Part shown: one piece after another, positions 61,565-64,000 of the stretch
Layout: each line of letters starts with the position of its first letter
How positions within the stretch are numbered: the stretch's first letter is position 1
Assembly: GCF_026210795.1 (NCBI RefSeq)
Contig: NC_089434.1
Span: forward strand, 4,216,001-4,280,000
Length of the DNA: 64,000 nt
Origin: Rhizophagus irregularis
Lineage: Eukaryota
Direction of reading: 5' to 3'
Notes under the pieces: model-generated
Seen by the model: the letters and a program-made list of their open reading frames with translations, nothing else
The model's database searches: none
What the model was told of the DNA's origin: nothing
Made by a program: the position numbers and the translations under genes

Positions 61565-62825
61565 TGTCACTTCTCCCTTTTTGTTACTCCTGTAATTTTA
61601 ATTACATTTTTTTGATGATATTAATATTAATATTTATGTCACTCCCGTAATTTTAATTGAAAATCAACCCTACATTTTTTTAATAATATTAACATTAATA
61701 TTTACATGGTTCCATTGTTTTTATAATTACTTTAAATATTTTTTCAACTTCTATTAATCAAATATACAAGTATTAGAAGTTAACAAATTATTATGTTAGA
61801 TAATAACATTAATATTTATGTGGTTCCTGCATTTTATATAGGCAGGTAATAATAATATTTTATTTATAATTATTTTAAATGACATATTTAACTTCCCCTT
61901 TTTTGTCACTCCTGACTCCTTGTAATTTTAAAAAATGAAAACTGAACCTACATTTTTTTGATAATATAATATTCAGTTAATATTTATGTGGTTCCATTTT
62001 ATTCATAATTATTTTAAAATATTTCTATTAATCAAATATACAAGTATTAGAAGTTAACAAATTATGTTAGATAATAACAATAATAACATTATTATTTATG
62101 TGGTTCCATTTTTTATATAATTATTTTTGAATATTTTTTCTACTTCTATTAACCATTAATACAAGTGATAGAAGTCAAAAAATATTATGTTAGATAATAA
62201 TAGCATTAATATTTATGTGGTTCCTGCATTTTATATAGGCAGGGAACAATAATATTTTTTTTTATAATTATTATAAATGACATAATTTAAATTCTCTCAT
62301 AATTTTAAAATGAAAATTGAACCTACATTTTTTTGATAATATTAATATTAATATTTATGTGGTTCCATTTCTTTTATAATTATTTTAAAATACTTTTTCA
62401 ACTTCTATTAATCAAATATACAAGTAATAGAAGTTAACAAATTATTAGATAATAACATTAATAATTATGTGGTTCCTGCATTTTATATAGGCGGGTAACA
62501 ATAATATTTTTTATATAATTATTTTATTAAATGACATAATTTAACTTCTCCCTTTTTGTCACTCCTGACTCCTGTAATTTTAAAAAATTGAAAATTTATC
62601 CCACATTTATTTGATAATATTTAATATTAATACACATTTTTTTTATAATTATTTTGTCAACTTCTATTAATCATTAATACAAATAATAGAAGTTACTAAA
62701 CTATTATTTAGATAATAATATTAATAATTATGTGGTTCCTGCATTTTATATAGGCAGGTAACAACAATATTTTTTTATAATTATTTTCAACTTCCATTAA
62801 TCATTAATACAAGTAATAGAAGTTA
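61565..62825. repeat. Complex satellite of interleaved ~100-150-bp subunits
   Basis: attaatatttatgtggttcc, tacaagtattagaagttaac, ggttcctgcattttatataggc and cctacatttttttgataat each recur several times. Confidence 0.9.
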
Positions 62826-63712
62826 TTTAGCCTTACCCATAGTGTATTTGGTGTGCAGATTAAAGCTGAAATTAATAGCAAAAAAGGGATTCATGATCAT
62901 GTTAAATAAATTTCCTTTATTTATAATTTCCAAATGGAAGAAATATACAACTTCTATTTCAATAATTAGATTCAGTATAGGACAACTAATAACCAAAAAA
63001 TGAATAGACCAAGAAATGATCAAACCTTATTCACTTAGTTTTAACTTACTTAGAGTGACCATAAATCTCCATTTTTATTTTTCAATAGAGGATCTTACAA
63101 AGGTTAAAAGGAGAATAAAGATCTTCAAGAAATTGTGAACTTAAACAAATTTAGGATCTTTAAAGAAGCTTAAGTACAAGCACATTATCAACTTTAGGCT
63201 GTGGGACAAGAAAAATTATGGAATGCCCAAGCATTGATTATTAGACAAAACGGAAAGATCTTAATTAAAACGCCAATTGATGAATGTGAGACTACTGAAT
63301 AAATATACTGTACTTTATTTAAAAGTTTATTCTAAGCCTAAACAAGATGACAATGATTGTGTATTTAGAATTAATGTATCAGAATATAATAATAATTTCA
63401 ACTTTTCTAACAAAGGAAAAGTAAATTTTAAAATACAAAGTTGTATATGATGTTAATAGTAAATTCCTCGCAATGGTCTATATTCAATATTAAGTGAATT
63501 TATTACTTGTTCAGGGTAAATCTACTCTTAAAAAAATTTGTTAGTTGTTATTTTATGAAATGGGCAACAACAACATTAATAATTAGAAAAATGATGGGAG
63601 AAAGCATCCAGTAGTTCACAGAAGTTGGCCAAACAACGTCGCTTGTTCAAATTCTGTTTATTTTTTGCATTTTTTCATTTCAGAAAATTTTACAAATCGC
63701 CTAAGATAACAT

Positions 63713-63754
63713 TAACCCTAACCCTAACCCTAACCCTAATACTAACTCTAATAC
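63713..63754. repeat. Interstitial telomere-like repeat: (TAACCC)4 plus 3 degenerate units
   Basis: taaccc x4, then taatac taactc taatac. Confidence 0.85.
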
Positions 63755-64000
63755 TTCGAACTTCTTCTGTAAATAAACTAGCACTCTACTTAAAATTTCA
63801 ATCACTACAAATTAATATTATTATTAGTTTTTTAAAAAAAACTCTCACAAAAATAATATTATTATACCATAAATATAGTAGTAGCAATATGGGATTGTGA
63901 AGTAGATATCCCAGGATTAACTAAATTTAAGGAAAGCTGATGCATTAAAAGAACTTACTATACAGAATGTTTTTTCATGCCAGAATCCTTTCATTATTAA

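Noticed and set aside
62830..63590. Decayed coding-like segment (PYP*CIWCAD, TLGCGTRK, IPRNGLYS)
   Set aside because: Probably a pseudogene or transposon remnant, but I cannot identify the family. A frameshift-aware BLASTX would be needed.
63625..63900. True telomere, or a TLTLTL protein
   Set aside because: Only four perfect units with non-telomeric sequence on both sides; the TL repeat is simply the translation of TAACCC.

Overview
Very AT-rich, intron-containing eukaryotic DNA. The gene families (single-exon F-box/LRR genes, an HRDLHSGNIL-type tyrosine-kinase-like gene) point to an arbuscular mycorrhizal fungus (Glomeromycotina, Rhizophagus-like); this assignment is inferred. Four genes look intact: three F-box/LRR genes (5716-7182 -, 24153-25877 +, 52345-53865 +) and a 7-exon kinase (37559-39671 +). 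Reading all frames by hand shows decayed genes the ORF track misses: Hsp70 (3367-5315 -), an Argonaute PIWI domain (~8485-9490 -), an RNAi-type RdRP (~12965-13770 +), a second kinase (~14735-16118 +) and an F-box/LRR fragment (~42985-43330 +). The rest is mostly transposon debris: two joined LINE fragments, a hAT remnant, many MITEs with TIRs and TSDs, a nested Helentron-like element and satellites. The strongest novelty candidates are (i) a non-coding array of ~11 micro-exons with canonical introns (49.0-50.3 kb) behind a GC-rich fold-back hairpin, (ii) Argonaute and RdRP remnants lying head to head in an Hsp70/F-box/kinase cluster, and (iii) two dispersed ~60-nt hairpins with compensatory base changes. 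All coordinates, translations and alignments were done by eye; no searches were run.
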